From an archaeon GW2011_AR10 (GTDB taxonomy: Archaea; Iainarchaeota; Iainarchaeia; Iainarchaeales; GW2011-AR10): a DNA stretch of 32,000 bases. The DNA lies in NCBI GenBank assembly GCA_000830275.1, contig CP010424.1:60001-92000 (forward strand). Direction: 5' to 3'. Below, one piece after another: positions 1-7,871 of the stretch (positions within the stretch are counted from its first letter, which is position 1; each line of letters begins with the position of its first letter). Under the pieces are notes generated by a model. It was not told the origin of the DNA. It did not search any database and saw nothing but the letters and a program-made list of their open reading frames with translations. Position numbers and translations under genes: made by a program.

Positions 1-534
1 AATGAGGGAAATGTTCTCGAGCCAGGCAACAAAATGGATGCAGCGTGCTTTGTTCTGTATGGCCCACTTACTACTCTGACTTATGCTTACAAGGGCTGGG
101 GCTGCCACGAGTTCGTGTTGGATGAGCAAGGAAACTTTGTTTTACGCAATGAGAGCATGAAAATTCCTGAAGGAAAAATTTATGGTTCAGGCGCATTGAG
201 GAAGGACTGGATTCCGCAGCACAAAAAGTACATTGAGGAACTAGAAAAACAGGGCTACAAGCTCCGCTTTTCGGGAAGCTTCACAGCTGACTTCAACCAA
301 GTGCTGCATTATGGGGGTTTATTCACTTATCCTGCTTCAACCGGCAGCCCGAGCGGAAAACTGAGGCTGCTGTTTGAAGGCAACCCAATGGCGTTCATTG
401 CAAAAGAAGCAGGTGGCAACAGCTTTAACGGAAAAAAATCAATTCTGGATGTCAAGCCTGAAATATTGAGCCAGCGCGTGCCCATCTACATCGGCGACAA
501 AAAAACAATTGACCTTGCGAAAAAGTTCTTCTGA
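1..534 (+). CDS. fbp: Fructose-1,6-bisphosphatase class 1, C-terminal part (N-terminus lies off the window)
   Basis: The frame is open from base 1 (NEGNVLEPGNK precedes the first Met at 34). The C-terminal hallmark GKLRLLFEGNPMAFIAKEAGG...ILDVKPEILSQRVPIYIG resembles E. coli Fbp [21 protein letters not shown] as recalled from memory. Confidence 0.85.
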   Translation, partial: NEGNVLEPGNKMDAACFVLYGPLTTLTYAYKGWGCHEFVLDEQGNFVLRNESMKIPEGKIYGSGALRKDWIPQHKKYIEELEKQGYKLRFSGSFTADFNQVLHYGGLFTYPASTGSPSGKLRLLFEGNPMAFIAKEAGGNSFNGKKSILDVKPEILSQRVPIYIGDKKTIDLAKKFF

Positions 535-572
535 AGCAGTTTTAAATACTTTAAATTCCTCTTTTTAATGAA

Positions 573-1286
573 ATGCCTGTAAGACCTTCTCCAAAAAGAG
601 CCAGTTCCTTAAAAGAACTAAAAGCAAGTATTCCTGATAAGTTCAAGCGCCAATTTCCCCATGTCTCAACAAGAATCGAGTTGTGGCTAAATCACCAGCC
701 AAGAGAATTTTTAGGCACGAGAGATAGGCGAAGAATTTTCTGGGAAGTTGTCAATTTCGGAACGCCTTTCTTAAGGGAATTCGGAGAAAGGCAAACTAAA
801 GACTTACGAAGGTATTCTTATACTTTGGGAAATTATGAGAGTCCTGTAACAATTTCAAGCTCTACCAACTCAGTCAAGGTAAGCCTTTCTTTCTCGAGGT
901 ATAAAAAAAATAAAATATTAAAGATTGAAGGGCTCCAAGGGGTTAGAACTGCTTCAGTTACACGTCAAGATTTCTATGCAGTCATGAGAGAAATGATTAG
1001 CATAGCCAAATCATCAGGCTATAATGTAATTTATTTTATTAAGCCGGAAAAACACCCTTATTATGATGAAGATGTTTTGGATTTGAGGACTTTTTATCGT
1101 CAAAAAATGAGAAGAAAAGGAGAAGACCTTGACAAATTATCGGCAGAAGGAAGGCCAACCCTCTTTGAGTTAAGGGAATTGCAGGAAGAGCACCAGGAAA
1201 GAATGAGAAAACTATATTATGGAATTGCAACAGCATTCAAGTTCAACAGGAAAACAAAGGGAAAGTACATGGAATTAAAAATCTGA
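573..1286 (+). CDS. Hypothetical protein (237 aa, basic, no recognised domain)
   Basis: Long ORF with K/E/R-rich, protein-like composition and an AT-rich promoter-like region just upstream. I recognise no motif. Confidence 0.5.
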   Translation: MPVRPSPKRASSLKELKASIPDKFKRQFPHVSTRIELWLNHQPREFLGTRDRRRIFWEVVNFGTPFLREFGERQTKDLRRYSYTLGNYESPVTISSSTNSVKVSLSFSRYKKNKILKIEGLQGVRTASVTRQDFYAVMREMISIAKSSGYNVIYFIKPEKHPYYDEDVLDLRTFYRQKMRRKGEDLDKLSAEGRPTLFELRELQEEHQERMRKLYYGIATAFKFNRKTKGKYMELKI

Positions 1287-1324
1287 TTTATTTGCTTTCG
1301 AATGTTCTTGTAATAAAGAATTAG

Positions 1325-2236
1325 CTACGTTCTTTCCCTGTTCCACAAGTCAACCAATGTTTTGTAGTTGCCTGCAACCCTTGCTGCTGCCTCTTCTCTT
1401 GAAATGGTTCCGTCATTCAGTGCTTTCATTGGCTCCCAGAAAACCGTTCTTCCAACAGCAAAACCAATTATGCCTTTTACTTTTGCCCCAACTTTTAACC
1501 ATTCCTTTACTTTTTCTGCGTCTTCGCCCCTCCCAAGAGTAATGATTCCAGCGGTTCTTCCTTCTGCTTTCACTTGCTTTACAACAGCTTTGCAGTATTC
1601 AACTTTGTCAACTCCCTCCAGCTTCCAGACATCTGGCTCAACACCAGCATCCTGTATTTGCTTGATGGCTTTAACCATCAGTTTTGGCCTCAACTCTGCC
1701 TCATACCTGTTTTTGTCTCCTCCAACAGATTGGAGCTGTTTTTCTTCTGCCGGAACAAGCAATTCAAAAATAAATTTTTTTCCTATTTTTTTGGCATAAT
1801 TGCTTGCCTGCACCAGCCTATCAAGCTGTCTCTTGTTCAGCTTTCCGTCTCCCTCCGGGTTGTATCTCACAAGAACTTTTACAAAGAAGGGGTCAACTCT
1901 TTTGATGTGTGCCCTGAAGTCTGCTTCATCAAAATCGAATTCGTCTTGGCCTGATCTCTCTATTGGCATCGCGGTTTTAATGCCTTTGCTTTTCGCGTCC
2001 CTCAGAATTGCCGAACCAAACTGTTCATCAACCAGTATTGCTGCCTTGTCTTTTGGCACGCCCATTTTAAGGCTTTTAAGGAAGCCCTCGTAAACCATTT
2101 GCTTTAGTGAAGAGTATTTCCTTTTTTCCTCTTCTGTTGGCTGTCTTCCCTCAATTCCAAAAAGTTTTTTGAGCAAAGAGCCCCTATGGTCAAAAGGAAG
2201 AATCAGCAAGTCTTCTTCATAGCCCATTAGAACCAA
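1325..2236 (-). CDS. Class I aldolase of the DUF2090 / LacD (tagatose-bisphosphate aldolase)-like family
   Basis: 303-aa ORF with LILPFDHRGS near the N-terminus, FELLVP, DVWKLEG (candidate Schiff-base Lys region) and GFAVGRTVFW. This pattern is typical of DUF2090/IolC-C-terminal and LacD-type TIM-barrel aldolases as I recall them. Several antisense ORFs over it look like shadows. Confidence 0.6.
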   Translation of the reverse strand: MVLMGYEEDLLILPFDHRGSLLKKLFGIEGRQPTEEEKRKYSSLKQMVYEGFLKSLKMGVPKDKAAILVDEQFGSAILRDAKSKGIKTAMPIERSGQDEFDFDEADFRAHIKRVDPFFVKVLVRYNPEGDGKLNKRQLDRLVQASNYAKKIGKKFIFELLVPAEEKQLQSVGGDKNRYEAELRPKLMVKAIKQIQDAGVEPDVWKLEGVDKVEYCKAVVKQVKAEGRTAGIITLGRGEDAEKVKEWLKVGAKVKGIIGFAVGRTVFWEPMKALNDGTISREEAAARVAGNYKTLVDLWNRERT

Positions 2237-2246
2237 TTCAATAAAT

Positions 2247-2319
2247 CCAAAAAAATCTATTTAAGTTTATGCTTGGCACGGCAAATTATGCCGGAAAAAA
2301 ACCTATTTAAAGTTATGCC
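2247..2319 (+). promoter_or_regulatory. Two tandem BRE/TATA-like boxes (CCAAAAAAATCTATTTAAGTTTATGC at 2247-2272; CCGGAAAAAAACCTATTTAAAGTTATGCC at 2291-2319)
   Basis: Direct repeat of an A-rich tract plus CTATTTAA. The same AAACCTATTTAAA box sits upstream of the tRNA at 6990. Confidence 0.45.
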
Positions 2320-3031
2320 AAGAGGATTTAAGTATATGAATGTGGCAATCCTTTTCTCCGGCGGCAAGGACTCAACCCTTGCAGTTGAAACAGCTCTTGC
2401 CAAAGGCTGGAATATTTCTTACCTTCTATCGGTTAAACCGACAAGAAAGGACTGCTATTTGTTCCATTACGCAACAGTTGAGCATACCCCCAAAATTGCC
2501 GAAATGCTTGGCTTAAAGCACAAGCTTGTGAGCTGCTCGGTTGCTAATGCCAAAAAAGAAGCCGAAATCGTAAAAAGGGTTGTTGAAAAAAACCCTGTTG
2601 ATGCGGTTGTGCTTGGCGGCACAGGGTTACAGGAAACCCAAATTAGAAGCATTAAGGAAGCGCTTGCCCCGATTGGAATTAAAGTTTTTGCCTCGCATGA
2701 GGGCTTAAACCACGGAAAAGTGCTGAAGGGAATGCTTGAAAAAGGCTACGAAATCTGCATTACGCAGTTTGCTTCAGCAGGCTTTGATGAAAGCATGTTG
2801 GGCCTTAAGTTAACAAAGGACAACTTCAAGGAATTCGAGGAAAAAAGCAGAAGGTTCGGGTTCCACATTGGAGGAGAAGGCGGCTACTATGACACGTTCG
2901 TTTTAAGCGCTCCTTTCTACAAGAAAGCCTTTGAATTCGCTGGAGTGCAAAAAATTGTTGACGGCGCAAACACCGGCCACATTGAAGCGAAATCTATTGC
3001 AGAAAAAGCATTTGTAGTGGCAAAAAACTAG
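2273..3031 (+). CDS. N-type ATP pyrophosphatase, diphthine-ammonia ligase (Dph6 / MJ0570)-like
   Basis: PP-loop motif NVAILFSGGKDST. The length and GGEGGYYDTFV motif fit the MJ0570/Dph6 family. The true start is probably ATG 2336 (MNVAILFSGGKDS) or ATG 2288, each about 25-30 nt downstream of a CTATTTAA TATA-like box (leaderless). Confidence 0.75.
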   Translation: MARQIMPEKNLFKVMPRGFKYMNVAILFSGGKDSTLAVETALAKGWNISYLLSVKPTRKDCYLFHYATVEHTPKIAEMLGLKHKLVSCSVANAKKEAEIVKRVVEKNPVDAVVLGGTGLQETQIRSIKEALAPIGIKVFASHEGLNHGKVLKGMLEKGYEICITQFASAGFDESMLGLKLTKDNFKEFEEKSRRFGFHIGGEGGYYDTFVLSAPFYKKAFEFAGVQKIVDGANTGHIEAKSIAEKAFVVAKN

Positions 3032-3073
3032 TTCATCTGAGGCCACTCTTCATCTGCTTTCATTTGGCGGTTT

Positions 3074-4021
3074 TTAACTGCATGTTCCCTCTTCATTCGG
3101 TTCTGAAACAACCAATGCATAGTTTTTTGTTCCCAGCTCAAATTGAATTCCTGGAGATTTTTCCTGCCACTTCAAAACACAGGATGTAGCGTTCTCGCAG
3201 TTGGCGCACAAAAACCTTGCCCTGCAATTTCCGCCTGTAAGAAATGTTTCCCCTTCGCTTGTTGCCTCGCACAAATCACTTTGCGTTACCTCGCTCACCT
3301 TGAACTCAAACCTGTTCAAGTCAAAGCCTGCATCCTCTGCACTTGAAACCACTTCAACGACATAGTTGCCGTTTCTTTCAGCGTTAAAGGAAAAAGCCAC
3401 TTGCTGTTCTTGGTTTGGCTCAAGAACCTCAATTAACTCTGTTGCCGGTTGTGCCGCCAGAATTTCCTGTTCTCTTCCGTCAACAATTTCTTTCCTGTAA
3501 AGCTTTGCATCAGCCAAAACCTCTGCTGCATTAAGGCTGCCGGAGTTTTTTACAAGAAAACTGAACCCAATTGCTTCCCTGCTTAAATCATACTCGTCTT
3601 TGAATTCAACGCCGTGGATTTCAAGCTGTGCAGGCAGTTCCCCAAAGTAAACCCTGCAATTGAACAGGTCAAGCTCGTAAGAGCAGCGAGTGCTCACCTG
3701 CATTTCAACTGCATCTAACGCCCTTAACTTTCTTGCATCGAACTCAACTCTGCTGCAGCGCGCAGCAGAATTGCATTTGAAAACAACTGCTCTTTCAATA
3801 TTGTCAAACGCTTCTGCATCTAGGAATAAGCCTTTTTCAATGAAAATCGTTTCGGTGTTTGCTTTCCCGAGGTTTGCCTGCGAGTAATCCAGAGATTCTT
3901 CGATTGCTTCCATGACATTTTTTTTTGGGGTAATAAAAAGGCTTGCAATCAGCAGCAGCAAAGCCACTGCAACTATTGCAATTACTGCCAGCCTGAAAAC
4001 CCCGAGTGCTTGCCCCTTCAT
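3074..4021 (-). CDS. Secreted or membrane-anchored Cys-rich protein (hypothetical)
   Basis: N-terminus MKGQALGVFRLAVIAIVAVALLLLIASLF has a single hydrophobic anchor and a KG|Q that could be a class III (prepilin-like) cleavage site. The C-terminal region has many Cys. The start overlaps the upstream ORF stop by 4 nt. Confidence 0.55.
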   Translation of the reverse strand: MKGQALGVFRLAVIAIVAVALLLLIASLFITPKKNVMEAIEESLDYSQANLGKANTETIFIEKGLFLDAEAFDNIERAVVFKCNSAARCSRVEFDARKLRALDAVEMQVSTRCSYELDLFNCRVYFGELPAQLEIHGVEFKDEYDLSREAIGFSFLVKNSGSLNAAEVLADAKLYRKEIVDGREQEILAAQPATELIEVLEPNQEQQVAFSFNAERNGNYVVEVVSSAEDAGFDLNRFEFKVSEVTQSDLCEATSEGETFLTGGNCRARFLCANCENATSCVLKWQEKSPGIQFELGTKNYALVVSEPNEEGTCS

Positions 4022-4266
4022 CGTCCCCCTCTTCTTTTCGGGAAAAGAGCTGCATGGATTTCCCAGTGCAGGAATCCTTTTAGTATTAAACCAAAAACAA
4101 TTACTCCGATGCTGATTATGATTACGGTTTGGTAGTCGCCTACACGAAAAAACCAGAGCTGTTGGTCGAATGCCCAGAACTTTGAGGCAATCAGTGCATA
4201 TACTACTATGCCTATGGTGAGCACCACCAAGCCTATCCTGATAATTGCGTCAAGCCACCGGTTCAT
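4018..4266 (-). CDS. Small integral membrane protein (82 aa, two predicted TM helices)
   Basis: Hydrophobic segments are evident. An ATGA overlap couples it to the downstream gene. The TATA-like AAAGCTATTTATA on the minus strand lies about 27 nt upstream of the ATG. Confidence 0.5.
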   Translation of the reverse strand: MNRWLDAIIRIGLVVLTIGIVVYALIASKFWAFDQQLWFFRVGDYQTVIIISIGVIVFGLILKGFLHWEIHAALFPKRRGGR

Positions 4267-4412
4267 GCTTCTAAAATAAGGTAAAAGTAGTATAAATAGC
4301 TTTTAGTGCCGTTCTCCTGGTTTATGCACTAAACCCCGTATTTTTCTTCTGCTCCCTAATTGAATGCTTTTTTTCAAGCAATTCCCAGAAACCCATAACC
4401 AAAATTTCCTCT

Positions 4413-6263
4413 TCAGGTTTTTTCTTCAACCTGTACGTGCTTCTGTTTTTTGAACATTTCCTTTATTTCCTTTACCGTTGTTGCGTCCTCTGGTTTCCTG
4501 TCAAAGCGAAAAGAAACCATTCTCGGAAACCTCAGAGCCAGCCCGCCTGTTCTGTCTTTTCCGGCAGTGTGGTTTGGGCTCCTAGTTATTTCATCCGCCC
4601 TCACTTCAATAACGTACTTTGGCTCAACCCAAAAGTCTGGCTCCAGCTGTGAGTCAACTCTCGCAGGCTTTTTTCCTGTTTTGGTTTTGCTGAGCATTTC
4701 CTCCAGCTCAGTCATCTGCTGTTCGCTCATTCCTGTTCCAATTTTTGCAATGCTCTTAAACTCATCCGCATCCTTGTCGTAAACGCATGAAAGCAAGCCC
4801 CCTAATCCGAACTGCGCGCGCTTTCCCTTGCCCTTGTAGTAGCCAGCAATGACAACTTCAATTGAGTCAGAGAGCTCTCCCTTGTAAGAGCGCTTAAGCT
4901 TAATCCAGGCAAACTTTCTTGCGCCAGCAATGTATTTTGCGTTCAGGTCCTTTGCAATTATTCCTTCAAGGCCTTTCTCAATGCTGTCCTCGAAGAACTT
5001 GTCAATTTCTTTTGCCCTGCCAGTAACAATGCTTTTGGTCAGCTCAATAACCCCGCCGGGTTTCACAAGCTTTTCAAGTGCCTTTCTCCTCTCAACAAAT
5101 TTTTTTGTCATCATGTTTTCGTTCTCTATCAGCATAACATCAAACAGAAAAAGTTTCAGCGGCATCTCCTCAGCCATTTTTTCAATGTCGTACTTTCTTT
5201 TGCGCTGAATCGTTACTTGGAAAGGAAAGTACTCGCCCGTGGCTTCATTAAACGCTAATGCTTCTCCCTCCACAATTGCTTTCTTTGCTTTCAGCTGTTC
5301 CTGCACTCCCTTGATTATTTCCGGGAACATGTGCGTAACGTTTTCTGACTGCCTAGAAAAAACCGTTGCTTCTTTCCCGTTTTTGTGCACCTGCAGCCTA
5401 AAGCCATCATATTTTTGTTCAACAAAGCATTTCCCTATTTTTTTCACTATTTCTTCCGAGCTGCTGAGCCGTTCCGCCAGCGTTGGCCTGATTGGAATTC
5501 CTGGGGTTATTTCAACTTTCTCCAGCCCTTTCAGGCCTTTTTCTTTCAGCATTTCAGCGATTTCCCCCAAGTCAGAGTAAATGTTGTATTTTTCTTCAAT
5601 GAGTTCTCTAAGGCGCTGCTTTAAGCGCAGTTCAAACTCTTTCCTGCGCTTTTCCTCTTTTTTTTCTTTCAATGCACTTTTAATTTCCTTAACTTGTTTT
5701 GGAAACAGTTTTTCAAATTCCTTGGAATAATTGGTTGCAAGTGCATCCATTATGGTGGGTTCGCCTACGCCCAAGCGCATTTTTCCCACAGGAATTCTTG
5801 CAATGAATTTTCCTTCAAGCGGGGAAGCTGAATTGAAGAGCTCAGCCATTAACCTTATTTTCAGCTCCTGGCTTCCGGGGCCCTCTGCCTTGGCAATTTT
5901 CACAAAATTGCTGAACGTTTTTTCGAGGCTTAGCTCCTCCGAGAAAAGGCTCCGCTGTTTCTTTTTTGAAGCAATTTCTTGAACCGCGAGGCCTAAGTCG
6001 CCTTTCTCCTTGTAGAGTTCCTCCACTTCTTTCTTGCTGTAGCCAGTTGCCTTCGCAATAGCGTTAATCATCAGGCTTTCTCCTAAACCAATTTCCAGGC
6101 CCTCATGTGCTGCTGCAATTGTTCCCTGGCTCAAATAAATTGCTTTACCTATTTCGGATTTTCCGGCAGAAGAAAGCATTTCAGCGAGAATGCTTGTCAT
6201 TTCAAGGCGAGAGGAAGCCTTTTCCAGCCTCTCAAAAAACTCTGCCAGCTCCCTGAATTTCAT
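4413..6263 (-). CDS. lig: ATP-dependent DNA ligase (archaeal Lig1-type)
   Basis: Adenylation motif I EQKYDGFRLQVH, motif EGIIAKD, motif FAWIKLKRSY, and an OB-fold C-terminal region. At 616 aa it is typical for archaeal ligases. Confidence 0.95.
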   Translation of the reverse strand: MKFRELAEFFERLEKASSRLEMTSILAEMLSSAGKSEIGKAIYLSQGTIAAAHEGLEIGLGESLMINAIAKATGYSKKEVEELYKEKGDLGLAVQEIASKKKQRSLFSEELSLEKTFSNFVKIAKAEGPGSQELKIRLMAELFNSASPLEGKFIARIPVGKMRLGVGEPTIMDALATNYSKEFEKLFPKQVKEIKSALKEKKEEKRRKEFELRLKQRLRELIEEKYNIYSDLGEIAEMLKEKGLKGLEKVEITPGIPIRPTLAERLSSSEEIVKKIGKCFVEQKYDGFRLQVHKNGKEATVFSRQSENVTHMFPEIIKGVQEQLKAKKAIVEGEALAFNEATGEYFPFQVTIQRKRKYDIEKMAEEMPLKLFLFDVMLIENENMMTKKFVERRKALEKLVKPGGVIELTKSIVTGRAKEIDKFFEDSIEKGLEGIIAKDLNAKYIAGARKFAWIKLKRSYKGELSDSIEVVIAGYYKGKGKRAQFGLGGLLSCVYDKDADEFKSIAKIGTGMSEQQMTELEEMLSKTKTGKKPARVDSQLEPDFWVEPKYVIEVRADEITRSPNHTAGKDRTGGLALRFPRMVSFRFDRKPEDATTVKEIKEMFKKQKHVQVEEKT

Positions 6264-6318
6264 AGTATAATTTAACTGCCCCCCAAAATAAAAGTTTGTT
6301 GTTTCAGGGGCCCCCTTT

Positions 6319-6930
6319 TCAGGGCTTCACTTTAACTACTCCGCCAAAATCAGTAATAAACCAGCGTGGTTTTCCAGTTTCAGGGTCCTTTATGAGGCTA
6401 AAACAATCCCCTCCCAAAGAATAGCCGTTTTCTTTCAGAACTTTCCGGTCTCTTTTATGAATCTCTTCAGCCTCAATCATTTCGCTTACAGATTTTGTTC
6501 CAAACTTGTATTCCTTGAACCTTGTTAGTATCAGCCTGTAGCTGCTGTCATCCATTTCTCTCAGCCTGATAGTTGGAAGAATGTGCAGTCCAAGCCCCTT
6601 TTTTCTGTTGAGCTCTAAAAGCCCCCGCATTGTTTCAAACTGCGCCAATGGATCCCTAAGATGATGAAGGCCGGGCCACTGCTTTTTTTTCCTGAACTTT
6701 TTCTCAGCCAAAACAATTTTTTTTCTTTTTTTGCCCTTTCTGACCGTCACATAAGCATTGTGAACAACTCCCTCCTTGTTCCCACCTAACCGCCTTCCCT
6801 GCCTGATTTTTTCAACAACTACGTCTCCTCTGCCGCCCTTTAAAACAATTGGCTTTGAAGGCTTTTTCCGTCTAAAAAGCATAATAAAAGCATACTTAAA
6901 CTGGTTAATAAATCGCACTCGTTTTTCCAA
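6319..6930 (-). CDS. Hypothetical basic protein (203 aa)
   Basis: Long ORF with a Lys/Arg-rich N-terminal half and no recognised motif. A GGGGCCCC palindrome (6305-6312) lies immediately downstream of the stop. Confidence 0.45.
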   Translation of the reverse strand: MEKRVRFINQFKYAFIMLFRRKKPSKPIVLKGGRGDVVVEKIRQGRRLGGNKEGVVHNAYVTVRKGKKRKKIVLAEKKFRKKKQWPGLHHLRDPLAQFETMRGLLELNRKKGLGLHILPTIRLREMDDSSYRLILTRFKEYKFGTKSVSEMIEAEEIHKRDRKVLKENGYSLGGDCFSLIKDPETGKPRWFITDFGGVVKVKP

Positions 6931-6953
6931 TAAAACCGTGTTTTTTCAGAAAC

Positions 6954-6962
6954 CTATTTAAA
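6954..6962 (+). promoter_or_regulatory. TATA box (CTATTTAAA, preceded by A-rich BRE-like GAAAC) for tRNA-Pro(UGG)
   Basis: It lies about 28-32 nt upstream of tRNA position 1 (6990). The same box type is seen at other starts in the window. Confidence 0.55.
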
Positions 6963-6989
6963 TGATTTCAAAGCAGTTTTTTACTGCAA

Positions 6990-7234
6990 GGGGTCGTAGT
7001 CTAGTCTGGTCTAGGATGCGAGCTTTGGGACAGCTGAAAGGTCAGCTGGCAACCTATATGTCAAGAGATTTCGCTGCGCTCAATCCCTTATTAATTTGGA
7101 CTGCATTATGGGCTCAAATTGTAAGGGTTTTCAGCGTTCGAACCTTGATTAATTTGTAGGCAATAGCTGGGTTACTTTATGGCTATTCAGTTGCGAAATA
7201 GCTTGTGACGGGGGTTCAAATCCTCCCGGCCCCA
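6990..7234 (+). tRNA. tRNA-Pro(UGG) with a 170-nt intron at the canonical 37/38 position (exons 6990-7029 and 7200-7234)
   Basis: Hand fold. Acceptor GGGGTCG/CGGCCCC with discriminator A. D arm GTCT-AGTCTGGTCTA-GGAT. Anticodon stem CGAGC/GCTTG. Loop TT-TGG-GA. Variable TGAC. T arm GGGGG-TTCAAAT-CCTCC. BHB: TTTG(32-35) pairs with CGAA(7194-7197), the 3-nt bulges are GG|A and AT|A, and the outer helix is CAGCTG(7031-7036)/CAGTTG(7188-7193). Confidence 0.8.
7030..7199 (+). other. tRNA-Pro(UGG) intron, 170 nt
   Basis: It is delimited by the BHB described for the tRNA. It contains hairpins CAGCTG-AAAGGT-CAGCTG (7031-7048) and AATAGC...GCTATT (about 7162-7187), plus an internal repeat of about 32 nt. 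Confidence 0.75.
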
Positions 7235-7309
7235 TTAGCCGGTTGCGTCCGGCTGTGACGCGGAGTGGAGGGTTTTCGCTTCGCTCAAACCATGGGTATG
7301 CCTTCAAAA
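7215..7309 (+). repeat. 95-nt direct repeat, copy 1 (last 20 nt of tRNA-Pro(UGG) plus 75 nt of trailer)
   Basis: By hand alignment, 90 of 95 positions are identical to 7973-8067. It contains hairpin GCCGG-TTGCGT-CCGGC and the motif TTTCGCTTCGCTCAAACC. Confidence 0.9.
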
Positions 7310-7318
7310 CTAATTCAA

Positions 7319-7326
7319 TTTTTTTT
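7319..7326 (+). terminator. Oligo-T tract (T8), candidate archaeal terminator for the tRNA and trailer transcript
   Basis: A run of 8 T lies downstream of the tRNA and repeat. Archaeal RNA polymerase terminates at oligo-T. Confidence 0.4.
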
Positions 7327-7395
7327 GTTTCCGTCTGGTTTTTATTCGTATTTGCTCAATTAAGTATTGCTCTTTTTGAGCAGTGAGGTGGTTAA

Positions 7396-7806
7396 TTGGT
7401 TTCGTTTGATGTCAGCCCTGTTGCAGTTGTGGTTGCAGGCATTCTGGCAATGGTTTTGGGCTTCATTTGGTATGGGCCTTTGTTCGGCAAAAAATGGATG
7501 AAGCTGTCAGGAAAAACAATGAAGGACATGGAGGCAGCGAAAGGAAAAATGCCGGCGCTATACTTTTTTGGCTTCATTGCAGCGCTGATAACAGCATTCA
7601 TTTTAGGAGTTCTGATTAGCTCTCTTGGAGTCACACAGTTGGGAGACGCGCTTGTTGTTGGAGTGCTTGTCTGGCTGGGCTTTGACGTGACGCTTCTTTT
7701 AGGAGGCATTCTTTGGGAGGGAATGTCAAAAGAACTTTTTGTGCTGAATGCAGCGCACCAACTGGTTAATCTGCTGGTGATGAGCGCAGTGTTTGTTTAC
7801 TTGTAA
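7396..7806 (+). CDS. DUF1761-family membrane protein
   Basis: VAVVVAGILAMVLGFIWYGPLFGKKWMKL and four hydrophobic segments match my recollection of DUF1761. The TTG start is preceded by the Shine-Dalgarno-like GTGAGGTGG 7-8 nt upstream. Confidence 0.65.
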   Translation: MVSFDVSPVAVVVAGILAMVLGFIWYGPLFGKKWMKLSGKTMKDMEAAKGKMPALYFFGFIAALITAFILGVLISSLGVTQLGDALVVGVLVWLGFDVTLLLGGILWEGMSKELFVLNAAHQLVNLLVMSAVFVYL

Positions 7807-7807
7807 G

Positions 7808-7839
7808 GGAAGCTTTTGCTTCCTTTCCTTTTTCTTTTT
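7808..7839 (+). terminator. Hairpin GGAAGC-TTTT-GCTTCC followed by a T-rich tract
   Basis: A perfect 6-bp stem sits immediately after the stop of the DUF1761 gene, then TTTCCTTTTTCTTTTT. Confidence 0.45.
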
Positions 7840-7871
7840 AATTTCTTTCCACCAAAACATTATTTTGTTCA

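Noticed and set aside
1357-2093. Several plus-strand ORFs (1357-1542, 1368-1799, 1574-1954, 1800-2093) opposite the aldolase gene. Similar antisense ORFs lie opposite lig, proS, the DRG GTPase, RNase H, the 19426-20199 gene, GGR and nrdJ.
   Set aside because: Their composition is that of a shadow frame (Ser/Leu/Phe/Cys-rich, no motifs). Each lies entirely within a longer ORF on the other strand that has clear family signatures.
6962-7159. 65-aa ORF overlapping the long tRNA intron, considered as an intron-encoded homing endonuclease.
   Set aside because: The ORF starts upstream of the tRNA 5' end and reads through exon 1. It has no LAGLIDADG or other nuclease motif, is too short, and has odd composition. 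It is most likely spurious.
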